A stretch of DNA of 64,000 nucleotides from Carcharhinus longimanus (GCA_030264375.1 JASCQW010000061.1:91518400-91582399), one strand, 5' to 3'; positions 11,955 through 24,570 are shown, counted from the stretch's first letter. Notes: generated by a model not told the origin, from the sequence alone. Translations and numbers: made by a program.

Positions 11955-12500
11955 TTGTACATCATGGAAGTTATGTGAAACTTTATAGTTCTCAGCTGGA
12001 GTTTTCTAGACACCACACTTTAGGAAGGCTATCAAAGCTGTGGAGAAGTGCAGAGGAGATTAAATAGAATGGTATCAAGCATGAGGAACTTCAGCTACAT
12101 GGAGAAACAATAAAAGCACAGGTTGTTCATCTGAAAGCAAGCAAGATTACAGAGATAGTTAATAGAAATGTTCAAAATTATGCAGATTTTGGATAAGGTA
12201 ACGAAAAAAACCGTTTGTACTGGCAGAATGATCTTGGGGTCCGGGTCCACAGGACTCTTAAATCGGCCTCGCAAGTGGAGGAGGTGGTCAAGAAGGCGTA
12301 TGGTGTNNNNNNNNNNNNNNNNNNNNNNNNNNNNNNNNNNNNNNNNNNNNNNNNNNNNNNNNNNNNNNNNNNNNNNNNNNNNNNNNNNNNNNNNNNNNNN
12401 NNNNNNNNNNNNNNNNNNNNNNNNNNNNNNNNNNNNNNNNNNNNNNNNGAACAGGCAGAGTCAGCTGAATAACCTCCTCATGTACTGTAGGATTTTGACT
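11955..12500 (+). mobile_element. CR1 fragments (old and younger copies) spanning an N gap
   Basis: caccacactttaggaaggctatcaaagctgtggagaagtgcagaggaga..., ORF segment DLGVRVHRTLKSASQVEEVVKKAYG, and a CR1-like tail after the gap. Confidence 0.7.
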
Positions 12501-13849
12501 TTTGACTGTTGAATTCTTCCTACCTATCAATTAATTCCAAGACTCAAATAGCCAAACCCAAATCTTTTTCCAAAGCTACTTCTGGGCTGCAGTAGACTTG
12601 ATGTTTGGTGGCCAGAAACCGAAAGGAACATTGGACACCTATTTAATTGGAATGGGAAACATCAAAATATTAACAAAGGTTGCTTTGGCCTTGCTGGTCA
12701 TTTGCACAAAATAATGCTGCTTCCTGGTCATCATGGGCTCATTTGCTCCTTCTTCCCCTTGCACTTAGGGAGATATGGGAATCTTTGCTTGAAAACAGGT
12801 TACCTGAGTCACACTGAAATTAGTTCATTACTACTGGTGACAGTAAGCCAATTTCACAGAGATGCTCAGAATTCCTTCTATGAATCCAAAAAGGAACAAC
12901 ATAACATTAAATATGATGACACATCAGAAATCTTAATAGGGAAATTAGCAAGTGAATAAAAAAAGACCTGTCCTTTCGCTATCTGAAATAATCTAAATGA
13001 GATCAATGTTGTTTTTGTCACATATAAACTTAATCTTACTTCACAGTAGAAGATTAATTATCTGTCTGCACGTATGCTTCCAAAGAATCAGGTTGCTTTA
13101 AAAGCACTAAAGAGGAGCATCTTATTTTGGAGTAAGAGAAATAATTAAATTTCATAAGCAAATCATGCAACCAAGTTAAAATGCCTTCTGTGCATTCATC
13201 ACAAATTTAAATTTAGTTGCAACTCTCATCAGTTATTAAAGATACAACTGATTAGAATACTTCTTGTAAAGTATTATTGGTAGTCTGTGCTGTCTTGGGA
13301 ATGATGAGACATGGACCCAAATGCATAAATTCTCAAGCTGTACTCTTGATCAGAAGGAGCTTCCATATAGACAGAATAGCCAGCACAAAATCAAACTCCT
13401 ACACGCTGACTAAACAGCAACATAGGGAAAATCAGAGTGGCTGCAAATTTGGATACAAGGAAGGATAAATAACAATTTTCCAGTTTTGCAATGGAATAAT
13501 GAATGCATTGAAACAACCAGAACAAATTTCTGCCTATAATCCCCAGAGAATATTCTTTGGCTCTTTACGATGAGAAACTGATCAGAGGTGATGCCACACT
13601 GCCATTTCTAGGCTGCATTGAGCATCTTTCAGAGGTCTAAAATATTGGGTCAGTTTCAGCAAATCCCCAGGCACTGTGTCAAATTTCAAATCATTGACAA
13701 TCAGGGGCATTTTACTGAACGTATCACACATTTAAAATTATATTATATAGTTCCTGATCAATAAAGGGAACCATTCCTAAATCTAAAATACAACACACCA
13801 CACAATGCTAAAACTAAAAAAAAATCCAAAATGGTTTTATACTTATTTT

Positions 13850-14180
13850 TGAAGGGGAAACTAGCAAACTACAGGCCTGGTAGTTTAGCACCAATTTAGA
13901 TAAAGTTACTGGTATTGATCATCAGGAACAGAATGATAGCATTTGAACATGTACGAGATGATCAAATAAAAGTCACCACAGATTTGAGAGTATTAGGACA
14001 TGTCTGATTAATCTAATATAATGTATTTTGAAGCGATGACTGACAAAGAGATCAGGGGAGTGTCCATGACCATTATCTGTATAGACTTCCTTAAGGTTTT
14101 TAATAAGGTTTCCATAAGAGATTATCAGACAAAATGAGTGCATATGGAATTGGGAGATAACCTTAGAGTATGGTTGGAAA
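13850..14180 (+). mobile_element. Highly decayed CR1 RT fragment
   Basis: aactacaggcctggtagtttagc (NYRP-SL motif), gacatgtctgattaatcta and atagacttccttaaggtttttaataaggtttcc (DFxKxFxKV). Confidence 0.55.
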
Positions 14181-14779
14181 ATGATGGGAGTAGTAGGACA
14201 CAGTAGCAATAGATTGAAATACCCTGACTAGTGAAGTGTGACATACAGGCCCAGGATTTGCTGGGAAAATAATGGTGAGTTTACAGTGCATATTGCCATT
14301 TGCATGTTTGAAAAAAAAGCATAAGTTAGAAATGACCACAAATAGCTGGATGATATGTAATGCTTTGCTAATTGTCTCACAAAAATGAGGCATCATCAAG
14401 GAACTTGCTGGATTGGCACCTTAAGTACGAATTAGATTTGCTGTAGGACTGATGTTAGACAACACAACGACACGGCCCACGATGAGATTCAATTCCTGCA
14501 ATGTCAACCAAGTCTGGAAACCCAGAAAAAGAACTGCTGAAACTGTGGAGTCTCACCCCTGCAGGTAATAAGTAGTTCCTGGTATTTTTTTTGTTATATT
14601 AAAGAAGGCTGACCTTGACAATGATGTCCACAGGAAAATAGTTAAAAAAAGATTTTCAATACATACATGCCATTCCTTCAACCAAGTTTGACGTGTAGGA
14701 TTGAAAGTTGAGGTTTGTTTTTAAAAACCAAAAAACAGATACCTGGCATACACCACTCATTAACCACCAACATGGGAAT

Positions 14780-14905
14780 GTAGGAGGGTCATATTCTGTA
14801 ACCACAGCCAAAATATTTCAGTTGGCATTATGGTTATTGACCAGTGAGTAACCATGATGCCAAATGGAAAAGTTTGGCTGTGGTTACAGAATATGACCCT
14901 CCTAC
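14780..14905. repeat. 126-bp foldback element, TA-flanked (Tc1/mariner-type MITE-like)
   Basis: Perfect 33-bp outer inverted arms (gtaggagggtcatattctgtaaccacagccaaa), a further 24 bp with 5 mismatches, and a 12-nt loop. Termini read TA-GGAGGG...CCCTCC-TA. Confidence 0.8.
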
Positions 14906-16501
14906 TCTGAAATCAAGTTCTTTTTGCAGATTAAAACCAAATGCCAGTTCCCCAAAAATTCAGAGTTGAATAACACAAGCGTGAATAGGAATACAAATGG
15001 ATTGATTTGGAGCCATGTAACTTAAGGAAATTTCCTTGAATTACGTTAGCATTAATCCTGCCACCTTTGTGGATGAATAGCAAAGTGATAAACCATCTGT
15101 TGTACAAAAATTCACTCCTATTAAGTGGAAGGGCAAAAGAGATTCCTTTAGCCTTCACAAATAATTTTACATGCTAAAAGAATGTACAGGAAGGAACTTC
15201 TATTCTTCATTTGTTGATCAAGTACTATCCCTCCAAAGCCAAGTGCCCAGAATAAACAGCAGCAATTTTCAACACCAGCACCATGCCAGAACTTTTAAGT
15301 GCCTGACATGCTACCTGAATATTAACCTCCTTTGCTTCCAAACCAACAGAGAAGCGTCCATTACTATTGTGAATTGAGAAGGGTAAGTGAAGGAGCTCAA
15401 GATGAGAATCCTAGAGAAGAATTCTCCACTACTGTCTGCTGCAACCCTACCATCAGATTTATCAAAACTAGAATGTTAAAGAAAGGCAATGCATTAGACT
15501 GCAACATCTGAAAAGAGAATTTGAGCACATGATGGAGCATATTAAGGTGAGCAAGAAAGTCCTTACATATGGCTGCAGATTCAAAAATTGCGACCATATC
15601 ATCTGCGTATCAGAAATATACACAGGGTAGAGGGGTTAGAGCTCATTCCATCAAAAATACATTTCCCATGGAAACCGACAAAAATGTTAGTGAATGCTGG
15701 ATCTAGGAAATTTTATGGCTGCACCATCCATTTGAACAAATATGATGTTTTTAAAATGAACTTGACTGCATGAGTTGCTAAATTAACAAATTCAATGGAT
15801 ATGGGTTCAAAAAATGGCAGCATATCTTAATTAGCACCTTGAGGCAATATAGAGATCCACTAAAGGGTCCTCCACAACTGTCCATCATAAGTTTACCTTC
15901 AGTGTACATCATGTTGGGATTCTTATGGCTTCACATGCTACAGACAAACATATCAGTAATCTTGTAAATATGACTCTGGCCAATTGTTCACTTTAAAAAC
16001 TGGACATAGAAATAAATCATGCCAAAGCTCTCTTGCAGGACAATGGCTATCCTAATCAGATAACTGTCCACTGCGTATCACGCAAACTTGCAAAATTTAA
16101 AAATGTCTTTCGCAGAATATGGGTATTGCTCTAAATAGGGTAAAAGTCACCACCTCTAAACCTGAAAAAGTGTGTCCAGGCTACCTCAAATTACCTGGAA
16201 AGATAAAGCATCTCAAAATACTGAGCAACTGGTTAAGGAAACTATTTTATGCTGCTGCCATACAATGGTTACGCGAGTGCCAATTTCCACCAACAGGATT
16301 GTGCTATCAGTCCAAAAGGACATTCCGTCCATCACATAGTTGAGCAATGTTGTGCATAAATTTCATTCCTGGAGGGAGGCCACAAGTCCCAGCTACTGGA
16401 TCAAACAGCATGACCCTATGGTTGTTCATAATAGGTAGAGACTGTACTCAACCAGCCCACACTAACAAACCACCCCCCCAAAAACGTTTAATGTTGGATA
16501 T

Positions 16502-16760
16502 GATTCTCTGCCCGTTGAAGTGGTGGAGGCTGCCTCGCTCAATATTTTTAAGACGCGGGTTGATAGGTTTTTGATAGGCNNNNNNNNNNNNNNNNNNNNN
16601 NNNNNNNNNNNNNNNNNNNNNNNNNNNNNNNNNNNNNNNNNNNNNNNNNNNNNNNNNNNNNNNNNNNNNNNNNNNNNNNATGATCTTAGTGAATGGCGGG
16701 GCAGGCTCGAAGGGCTAGATGGCCTACTCCTGCTCCTATTTCTTATGTTCTTATGATTCT
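16502..16760 (+). mobile_element. Young CR1 3' end inserted in the Penelope-like element
   Basis: SLPVEVVEAASLNIFKTRVDRFLIG, with tail ggcctactcctgctcctatttcttatgttcttatg. Confidence 0.85.
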
Positions 16761-16817
16761 GTGATTGGGAAGCACCTGCTGAATAATCCTGAGTGTGCTA
16801 ATAGGTACACTAACAAC

Positions 16818-17320
16818 CACAGAAGCCTTACAGTGCAGAAGAACGCCATTCGGCCTATTGGATCTACACCAATTCTCTGAAAGACCATCTCACCTAGGCC
16901 CATCCCACCTCCCTGTCCCCATAACCTGCACATTTACCACCATCAATCCACCAAACCTGTGCATCTGTGCAGAACCTGCACATTCTCCCTGTCTGCATCG
17001 GTTTCCTTGGATGCTAGTTTCCTCCCACAGTCCGAAAGACATGCTGGTTAGGTGAAATGGCCATGATACATTCTCCCTCAGTGTACTTGAACAGGTGCCG
17101 GAGTGTGGCGACTCGGGGATTGTCACAGTAACTTCATTGCAGTGTTAATGTAAGCACGCTTATGACACCAAATAAATAAAATCTTTGGACTGTGGGAGGA
17201 AACTGGGGCACCCAGAGAAAACCCACACAGACATGGACAGAACGTGCAAACTCCGTACATCAGTCACCCCAAAGGCAGAATTAAATCCGGATCCCTGGTG
17301 ATGTGAGGCAGCAGAGCTGC
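16818..17320 (-). mobile_element. HE1-like V-SINE interrupted by an oppositely oriented SINE
   Basis: Tail at 16818 (cctta cagtgcagaagaacgccattcggcc) and head at 17180-17320 (ctttggactgtgggaggaaac...tccctggtgatgtgaggcagcag). Confidence 0.8.
16965..17180 (+). mobile_element. V-SINE alternative-tail subfamily, 5'-truncated
   Basis: ctgcacattctccctgtctgc...ggtttcc...ccacagtccgaaagac, with tail gtggcgactcggggattgtcacagtaacttcattgcagtgttaatgtaagc...aaataaataaa. Confidence 0.8.
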
Positions 17321-19154
17321 CCTTTTATTTTAATTGATGAAAATCATGATCATATATTTATGATAATCAGCTGAGTTCATAATGTGGCTCACTAATGCCA
17401 GCTACAAGCGATATGCATTCATATGCAGGATCCTTCTCTGCAAGCAAACTAAATATGTCAAAGCCTTGTGCCTTTTTTGAGTTATCATGGAGCTTGGGAA
17501 ATCTAAAAGTTCTCTGTTACTTTCGCCGCAGCAACAACTTAGCCAGGGGTGACATGCTATCCAATCAGTAGGTACCCTTTTTTCCTGGATAAAAACTGTT
17601 GTGGCTGTTTGGAATTTGGCATTTTTGTGTTTGTTCTGTTGAGCGCAAGATAGAAAGCTTCAGTAACATAGCTCTCTCTTCAGCAATATTTATGTTCTGT
17701 ACTGTTAACAATTTAAGCTCAAAATGAAATCTGAGGTGTTGATGTTCGTTTCTTACTGAGGACTGACGAGAGATCCTAGGAATAGTTCCAACAGTAAAAG
17801 CCACTAATAGGCTTCTGTTAATCATCCTGGGCACAGCCTTTTAGAATGAAAACTTGCCAGGGTATCAAGGTAGTAAGTATGCTCGTTGGTGGGGAATCAT
17901 TAAAAGAGCTGCCCAAGTCTATACATAGTTCAGCAATAATAGCTGCTTTGATGATTGCTATACCATAATTATTCTAGGGAAAGAAAAGCCAATCCAAATA
18001 ACCAGATTTATCCTGATACACCCATTTACTACTTAGACAGATTGAACAGACTTGAAATTGCCAAATTTATGAACAAATAATCATGGAGCATTAAACAAAA
18101 AAACTACAATAAGGTTTGCTTTCTAAGTTGCTAACTCCATTGTTTTGTCTTTTCTGAATTAAAATAAATGTCAAAAATACAGTGATTTCCAATGTTTGTT
18201 TCAAATGGAGAGTTCAAGTCCTTTATTTGCCCTCTCCCCAACCTTAACTACAATCAAAGCTTATGCAAATATTTTTGTTGTCATTCATTATTAGACTAAA
18301 ACAGATTTCAAACAGGGCAAACAACACATGCTGATTATGTCTACAATACAACTGCACAGGTCAGGCCGAAGAACTCAGTAAACTGATACTTACTAAATTA
18401 AGTTCAGTTTTCCTCTGATGTGCTAGAAACCAGATAGTTAAGTTGCAACATTAACATTCAGTGAAGGCTATGGACCAAGTGCTGGAAAACGGGATGAGAA
18501 TAGTTAGGTGGTTGCTTTGACCTGCGCAGACATAATGGGATGAAAGGCCTTTCTGAACTATAGACCTCTATGAATCTCAGACAGGGTGAGGTTAATAATC
18601 AGAACTGAACAGCATCCAAGCACACACATACGCACTTTTCTAAAGATGATTCAATATGCTGGGGACATGGTCAATGTGTTTCGGACAACTTTTGATTATA
18701 AGAAGTATTTTCCAATATTCCTGTATTGATTTAAGATTCAGAATGAATTTTTAAATCATAAATTAATGCCTTTTATACAAGATTCTTATCTTAATAAAGA
18801 TTTATTGCTGAAGTCTTTAACTTCCTTTTACAGGAAAAATATGATACATTTGAAAAAAAGCTAGCCAAGATTTTGGACAGTTGTGACACACGAAGATTAG
18901 CTTTTGATATCATTACAATTGTTCACCCTTCAATAAATAATATTTAGCACTGAGCAATACAAGCATAGCTCTAAAGTTGGCTTTAGGAAAAGCAATGAAT
19001 TGTGTGCAATGAAGCAGGTGGCAATGCTATCATACTAAGTAACAGAAAATGTTTACAAAAATCTCTGGAGGATTAAGACAAAGGATTCTAGGATGTTAGT
19101 CTTTCTGTGCATTACCAAAAATTCTATCAGCAATAATTTAAAAATTAGGATAGT

Positions 19155-20248
19155 GAAAATCCATGGCATGAATTATGCTGCAATGACCTAATTTATTAAT
19201 TTGTGCCTTAAATTACACTGATCATAAATGAGCAGTGACCCAAAATATAACTAAAGTCACTTTTAATTGAACTATTTTAAATAATAGGCATTCTTCGTTC
19301 ACAAATTAATTCTTTTTTGAAATAATGCAAACAGTTTTAATGAACTAATTTCCACAATAGGTTTATAGCAATTAACCGTTTCATCAGTTTTAGTCTGCTA
19401 TGAAACAAACTGTTAAAGTGGATGGTCTTTGACAACCTCCTTGGAATGGCAATCAGTGGCAGAATGCCACTCTGTAGTGCTTAAAATGGAAAGTGCTCAT
19501 CTGCCTGAACCATCTGGCTTAGGCTAGGTGAGACTGGAGGAGTGAAGCACGCCCATAGCTCCAGTGGTGAGGTACAAAAGAAACAGAGCAAAGAAGAACT
19601 TGCCCCTTTTACTGGCATTAGCTGGTGAGTTTAAAGGTTCCACTGAATGGGAGAAGGTATGCTTCTAAGAAAGTGAATAGGATGTGAGGGTGAAGATTTG
19701 GACATGGGGGCGTGGAGAGGGATGCTCTGTCTGGGTGTTTAAAATAGTTATTCATAACTTTGAAGTGATTTTTTTCCCTTCTAACTTTTTCAGAGTAACT
19801 GTGTATAAAACTTGCAGAACCATCCAAAGTTAAATTGCTTTGTCAGATGGTTCCCAAAGAGGCGCAATTGTCTAGGAGAAATTAGCCCTTCTGGACATTT
19901 GCCAGGTAAACCCTGAAATAGGAATGTATAAAAGGGGGGTCCCTCGTGCTTCTCTGGAGTTACCTCCCCCCACCAAATCCTACACGAGGGAGGAAATCTG
20001 TGGCATGGCCTATGCTGCAATGGCCTAATTTCTTAATCTGTGCCATAAATTGTACTGTGATCATAAACGTGCAGTGACCCAAAATAACTAAAATTAGTTT
20101 CAATTGAACTATTTTAAATAATAGGCATTCTTCGTTCACAAATGATTTCTTCTTGAAAGAATGCAAACGGTTACAATGAACTAATTTCCATGTTAAGTTT
20201 ATAACAATTAACTGCTTCACTAATTGCAGTCTATGAAACAAACTATTA
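19155..20248. repeat. ~250-bp imperfect direct repeat (19155-19415 and 19992-20248) flanking ~580 bp
   Basis: The copies are collinear throughout and share an identical 42-bp core aattgaactattttaaataataggcattcttcgttcacaaat at 19265-19306 and 20102-20143. Confidence 0.9.
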
Positions 20249-21513
20249 CATTGAATATGACCCAAAAACAAAATTCACCTTTAAAAATGTTCCAAAATTG
20301 TCTTCTGCCAAATCTGAATCATGTTAGTATATCTATATTTAAAAATGATCTTGTATTCATAAGGCAAGTGATTACAATTCAATGGATGATGCTCTAGCAC
20401 ATGACCAAGGCTCGTTAATGACACAGGCGCAATACACCATTTGGATGGGACCAAACCTCTGATACTAGAATAAAATGATTGACAAGATTTTCAGAAAATA
20501 AATTCAGACTTGGACCAACTCCTAGAAATGTAGAAGGCGACAAATGAAGAAAAATGTAAAGTTTGTAATCAGTCACTGAAGGATTCTTTCCAATATGATG
20601 GGAGAAAACTGCTTCCTTCATTGTGGATCAGATTTCCAATAAAAATTATTCAAGGGATGGGAGACATTGTGCAAGTACTGATTTACATGAAACTACTGCT
20701 GGGAACTTCTTAAAACAATCAGACATTAAATAATGGTGCAGATGAGGGAAGATTAACATGAGAAAAAGAAAATGGTCTTCCAAGTATGGTAGGGTGAACG
20801 CAGGATTATTCAAATAACCATTAAATACTGATATATGACTGCAGGTGATTGTTTGACAATAATGGAGATAAAATTTTGCTGCTTTGGTCTGGTCTCTTGG
20901 AAAGATAAGCTTGTCAGCTACTTGGGTTTCCTGGGATTCAAGAAACTTAACATTGATGAGCATCATGCCTCCTACACTGATAGTGCTGATTTACCTTCCT
21001 GGGAGGAGAAGTTCCAAGTGGAAGTTAACTGTAGAAATTGCTCAGTACTCCTAGCTTTGTCCCTTTTGTGGTACATGTTAATTCATTTCAGGAAGAAATG
21101 GAATGCAAATTTGGCACAAAGCACTACCTAATGTTTATTTAGAAGAAATAACAGGTTTGTCTTAACAGTAAATCAAGTTCAAATACTATTGTATTTTTTG
21201 ATCACAGAAATTAGTATGTAATGTTGACTGAAACCAATATGAACATGCCTGGACACACTCGTATAACTCAAGTCAACAGTTTACTTCTATTGTCAGAAGC
21301 AGCTGTATTGAGTCAATATATTCTTCCGGTCTTCCTCTGGCCAGGTTGGTCGGAATTGGGCTACAACATTCATAATTTGGTATCAATACACTGCACAGCT
21401 GTGCAGAAAAAGTAGGTTCAAAACCATTAGTTAATGAGATAAGCTCACTAATGTTTACATTGCAATCTACAGTAAGAAACAGCAATGCAAATATTCATTT
21501 TGAGATGACATAC

Positions 21514-21588
21514 CTTTCTTTGCCTTCTTCTGAAGTTTCAATGTATCAGACGATTTCTTTTTGATTTCTTGTCGAGCTTTCTTATATT
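21514..21588 (-). CDS. MTSS1: MTSS1 coding exon (exon 6 equivalent, 75 nt)
   Basis: tttccttaaAG|aa tat aag ... aag aaa g|GTatgt translates (E)YKKARQEIKKKSSDTLKLQKKAKK, the basic membrane-binding tip of the I-BAR domain. It is phase 1 to 1. Confidence 0.97.
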
Positions 21589-21809
21589 CTTTAAGGAAAC
21601 AAAGGTTCTGTCAAGGCCTATATTACTCTGTACTGTATTTACTACTATAGTAATTTCTGTACTGTGCTCATCTCCTACACTGTTATTTAGTAAATTTAAT
21701 GTGATATTAATGTGGCAGTAATGTCACATCCACTGATTTGCCCTCTAGTGCATAAAATTGATACAATAGGTTTCAAGAGAAGTAGCATTACTTCAACTTT
21801 TAAACAACA

Positions 21810-21985
21810 GTTCATATTTACATACAGCCTTTAGCATAATAAAACATCCTAACACCTTTCATTCAACCATTACAAAACTAAATACGATATCAAGCACATG
21901 AGATATTACACACAATGCCTAGTTAAAGAAGTGGGTTTTAAGGAGCGTCTTAAAGGAGAGTAAGTCACAGAGGTGGAGGGAGGAC
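21810..21985 (-). mobile_element. L2 LINE 3' end fragment
   Basis: ttcatatttacatacagcctttagc... and tagttaaagaagtgggttttaaggagcgtcttaaaggagag are typical reverse-complement L2 3' sequence. Confidence 0.6.
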
Positions 21986-22205
21986 CAGGTCAGTTGAATT
22001 TGCACATGAATAGGAAGCTCTGCACCTTCCTGCCTACCTGTAACAACACATCAATGTAACATTGAGGTAAGGGACTCCAGGAGGACCACAATGCTGGTGG
22101 CTATCAGATACCCGTTCGAACCAGTGCAAAGTTTAAAAGTAATGTGAGTGTGTTGGGGGGGGGGGGAAGAGAGTGGGGGGTGGTGGTGGTGCAGTACGTG
22201 CATTA

Positions 22206-22525
22206 GAGAGGGAGAANNNNNNNNNNNNNNNNNNNNNNNNNNNNNNNNNNNNNNNNNNNNNNNNNNNNNNNNNNNNNNNNNNNNNNNNNNNNNNNNNNNN
22301 NNNNNNNNNNNNNNNNNNNNNNNNNNNNNNNNNNNNNNNNNNNNNNNNNNNNNNNNNNNNNNNNNNNNNNNNNNNNNNNNNNNNNNNNNNNNNNNNNNNN
22401 NNNNNNNNNNNNNNNNNNNNNNNNNNNNNNNNNNNNNNNNNNNNNNNNAGCGAGAGAGAGAAAAGGGGACAAGCGAGAGAGAGAAAAGGGGACAAGCGAG
22501 AGAGAGAAAAGGGGACAAGCGAGAG
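22206..22525. repeat. Purine-rich minisatellite, 23-bp unit AGCGAGAGAGAGAAAAGGGGACA
   Basis: Three identical units are visible from 22449; the array runs into the preceding N gap. Confidence 0.85.
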
Positions 22526-23141
22526 TGTGAGCAAGGAGTGGCGAGCGTGACTGTGTGTGCTACGTAAGAGTGTGTGGCCTCGAAATGGGAATCAGCTTAC
22601 CCGTATTATTCCTCCAATTAAAAATGACAAAGGGTAAGATTTAATAAAAGAGATATTTTAAGTTATTACTAGGAACACCCACTCCTGTAAGTTGTATCCA
22701 CTTCAGGAGTTCATGTTAAGGCATCATGGGAGGGTGCCCTAGCTAGGAGTTAATGTGAGGCAGCTATATAGCCGATGAATGTATTTGTGATTGTGTGCCT
22801 CTTAATTCCTAACATATGCATAGATATAAAGGTTTACATTTAACTGCTGTGTTTGCATTTATTTTGCGGCAAGAAAAATGGTGTCGCCATTGAGAGAATG
22901 CTTGGGGTTCACTGATGCTGTTCAGAGGTCCCTAGAGGTTTTGCAGCTCAACAAGTTTGGGAAACCCTAGTGTGTCATTTTGACTAATCAGATATAAGGG
23001 GAGTCAATCATATGTTTATCTTATTTTTAAAACCGTACCTTAACAGTAAATGAGACTAGACACTTTTAAATAAATGCAGCTCTTTGGCATTTGTTTGACC
23101 AAAGGCATTTACAGCACATTTTAAACCTTGGTTAAATGTAC

Positions 23142-23233
23142 CTTTTGCGTGATCCTTGTCCAGCTGGTTGGCCACTTTCTTCCATTCTTCCATCTGATCC
23201 TGAAGTGGATTTATCAGGCAATCGATCAGAGCT
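23142..23233 (-). CDS. MTSS1: MTSS1 coding exon (exon 5 equivalent, 92 nt)
   Basis: ttaacttAG|a gct ctg atc ... gca aaa g|GTacat translates ALIDCLINPLQDQMEEWKKVANQLDKDHAK. It is 92 nt, phase 2 to 1, and in frame with the flanking exons. Confidence 0.97.
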
Positions 23234-23722
23234 CTAAGTTAATCAAATAATGTTAAAATCAGGAGGGACAAATGTTATTCATAATTTGAAAGAATGTAAA
23301 ATAAAATCCTGTATATTGTAAATGCATTTAAATAGAACACATTTCATGGAAAAGGTAACTGCCATTACTGTACTTCAACATGCAACATTAAAAAAAACTG
23401 CACTCAACTTGATTAGTAAACATTTTCTTTAAACATTTTAATGCATTACTTGTATAACAGGTCTCCAGACAAAGTTATTTGTAAAGGAACTGAAGTGACC
23501 CAATTAGGTGACCGACCAAAAATTCAAAACGTAAATTCGATGTCACTTAGTAGATTGGAAGCGAAAAACGGAAAATGAATTGGGTCACCCGAATGAGCTG
23601 TTGCATTTTCCTGAAAACTAAGCCTCTAAATAAGTGCCTGTTTAACTTGGCCAGATCACGTTCAAGATTATAATCAGCCTAAATAGATTTTAAACAATTA
23701 AAATAAATAACCCATAACTTAC

Positions 23723-23807
23723 ACTGAGAATTGACGAAGTTTAGACTCTATACTTCTGTGTCGCATACACATTCTGGTTAATGCTGAACCAATTTCCCGT
23801 GTTGCAC
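23723..23807 (-). CDS. MTSS1: MTSS1 coding exon (human exon 4 equivalent, 85 nt), I-BAR/IMD domain
   Basis: Minus strand reads ctttcctcattAG|gt gca aca cgg ... ttc tca gt|GTaagt and translates (G)ATREIGSALTRMCMRHRSIESKLRQFS(V), matching MTSS1 GTREIGSALTRMCMRHRSIEAKLRQFS. It is 85 nt and phase 1 to 2. Confidence 0.97.
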
Positions 23808-24261
23808 CTAATGAGGAAAGGGAAGAGAATCATTAAAATTCTTTACAGCTATGTGGTTATTTCAGTTTTTTGTACAAATATTTCTAAACTTAAGATCCAA
23901 AATATCTGTACATAAGTTTCAAAAGGAATTAAAGACTGTTCAACGTCACCTCCTCACAAATGCACAGCTGTTTTACCAGAGCAAAATAAAGTTTACTTGA
24001 TTAATTCCAAGTCAACTCAAATTAACTTCTTTTTGAGTGCAAAGCTTTAGTTCAACTGCTTAATTGTGCTTTTCATGCAAAAGAACACAATTAACAAACT
24101 ATACTCTAAAATGAAAGTACAAAAAGCATGAATGCCCAGCAGAAAACAATTATGGATGCATCCTTGCAGATAATTATAAAGCACTTCTTCTTATAGTGAT
24201 AAATAAATTGTCGTTAATTTCTAAAAGCCAAGATATGTAGCAGTTAGGTTGGATTGTAATT

Positions 24262-24570
24262 ACAGAACCATAGAATCCCTACAGTGCAGAAAGAGGCTCT
24301 TTGGCTCATCAAGTCTGTAGCAACCATCCAAAAGAGCAATTTACCCAGGCCCATTCCAATCCCCACTCAATCCTATCCCCACAACCCCGCACATTTATCA
24401 TGGATAATCCACCTAATTTACACGTTTGTAATTTAGCATGGTCAATCCACCTGGCCTGCAAGCCATGAGAAAACATGTAAACTCCAAATAGACAGTCACC
24501 CAGGCCAGGAATCGAACCCAGATCCATGGAGCCGAGGCAGCAGTGCTAACCACTGTGCCACCATGTTGCC
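24262..24570 (-). mobile_element. HE1-like V-SINE
   Basis: catagaatccctacagtgcagaaag tail, aatttagcatggtcaatccacct core, and gaggcagcagtgctaaccactgtgccaccatgttgcc head. Confidence 0.85.

Larger units (their letters stand above)
16015..17480 (+). mobile_element. Decayed Penelope-like element (RT C-terminus / GIY-YIG region) hosting nested insertions
   Basis: Translations AKALLQDNGYPNQI (16021), PEKVCPGYLKLPGK and VIGKHLLNNPECANRYTNN (16761) are typical of PLE ORF C-termini. The element is interrupted by a CR1 and two SINEs. Confidence 0.7.

Noticed and set aside
22051-22567. Several long overlapping ORFs
   Set aside because: They are produced by N runs plus a stop-free purine minisatellite.
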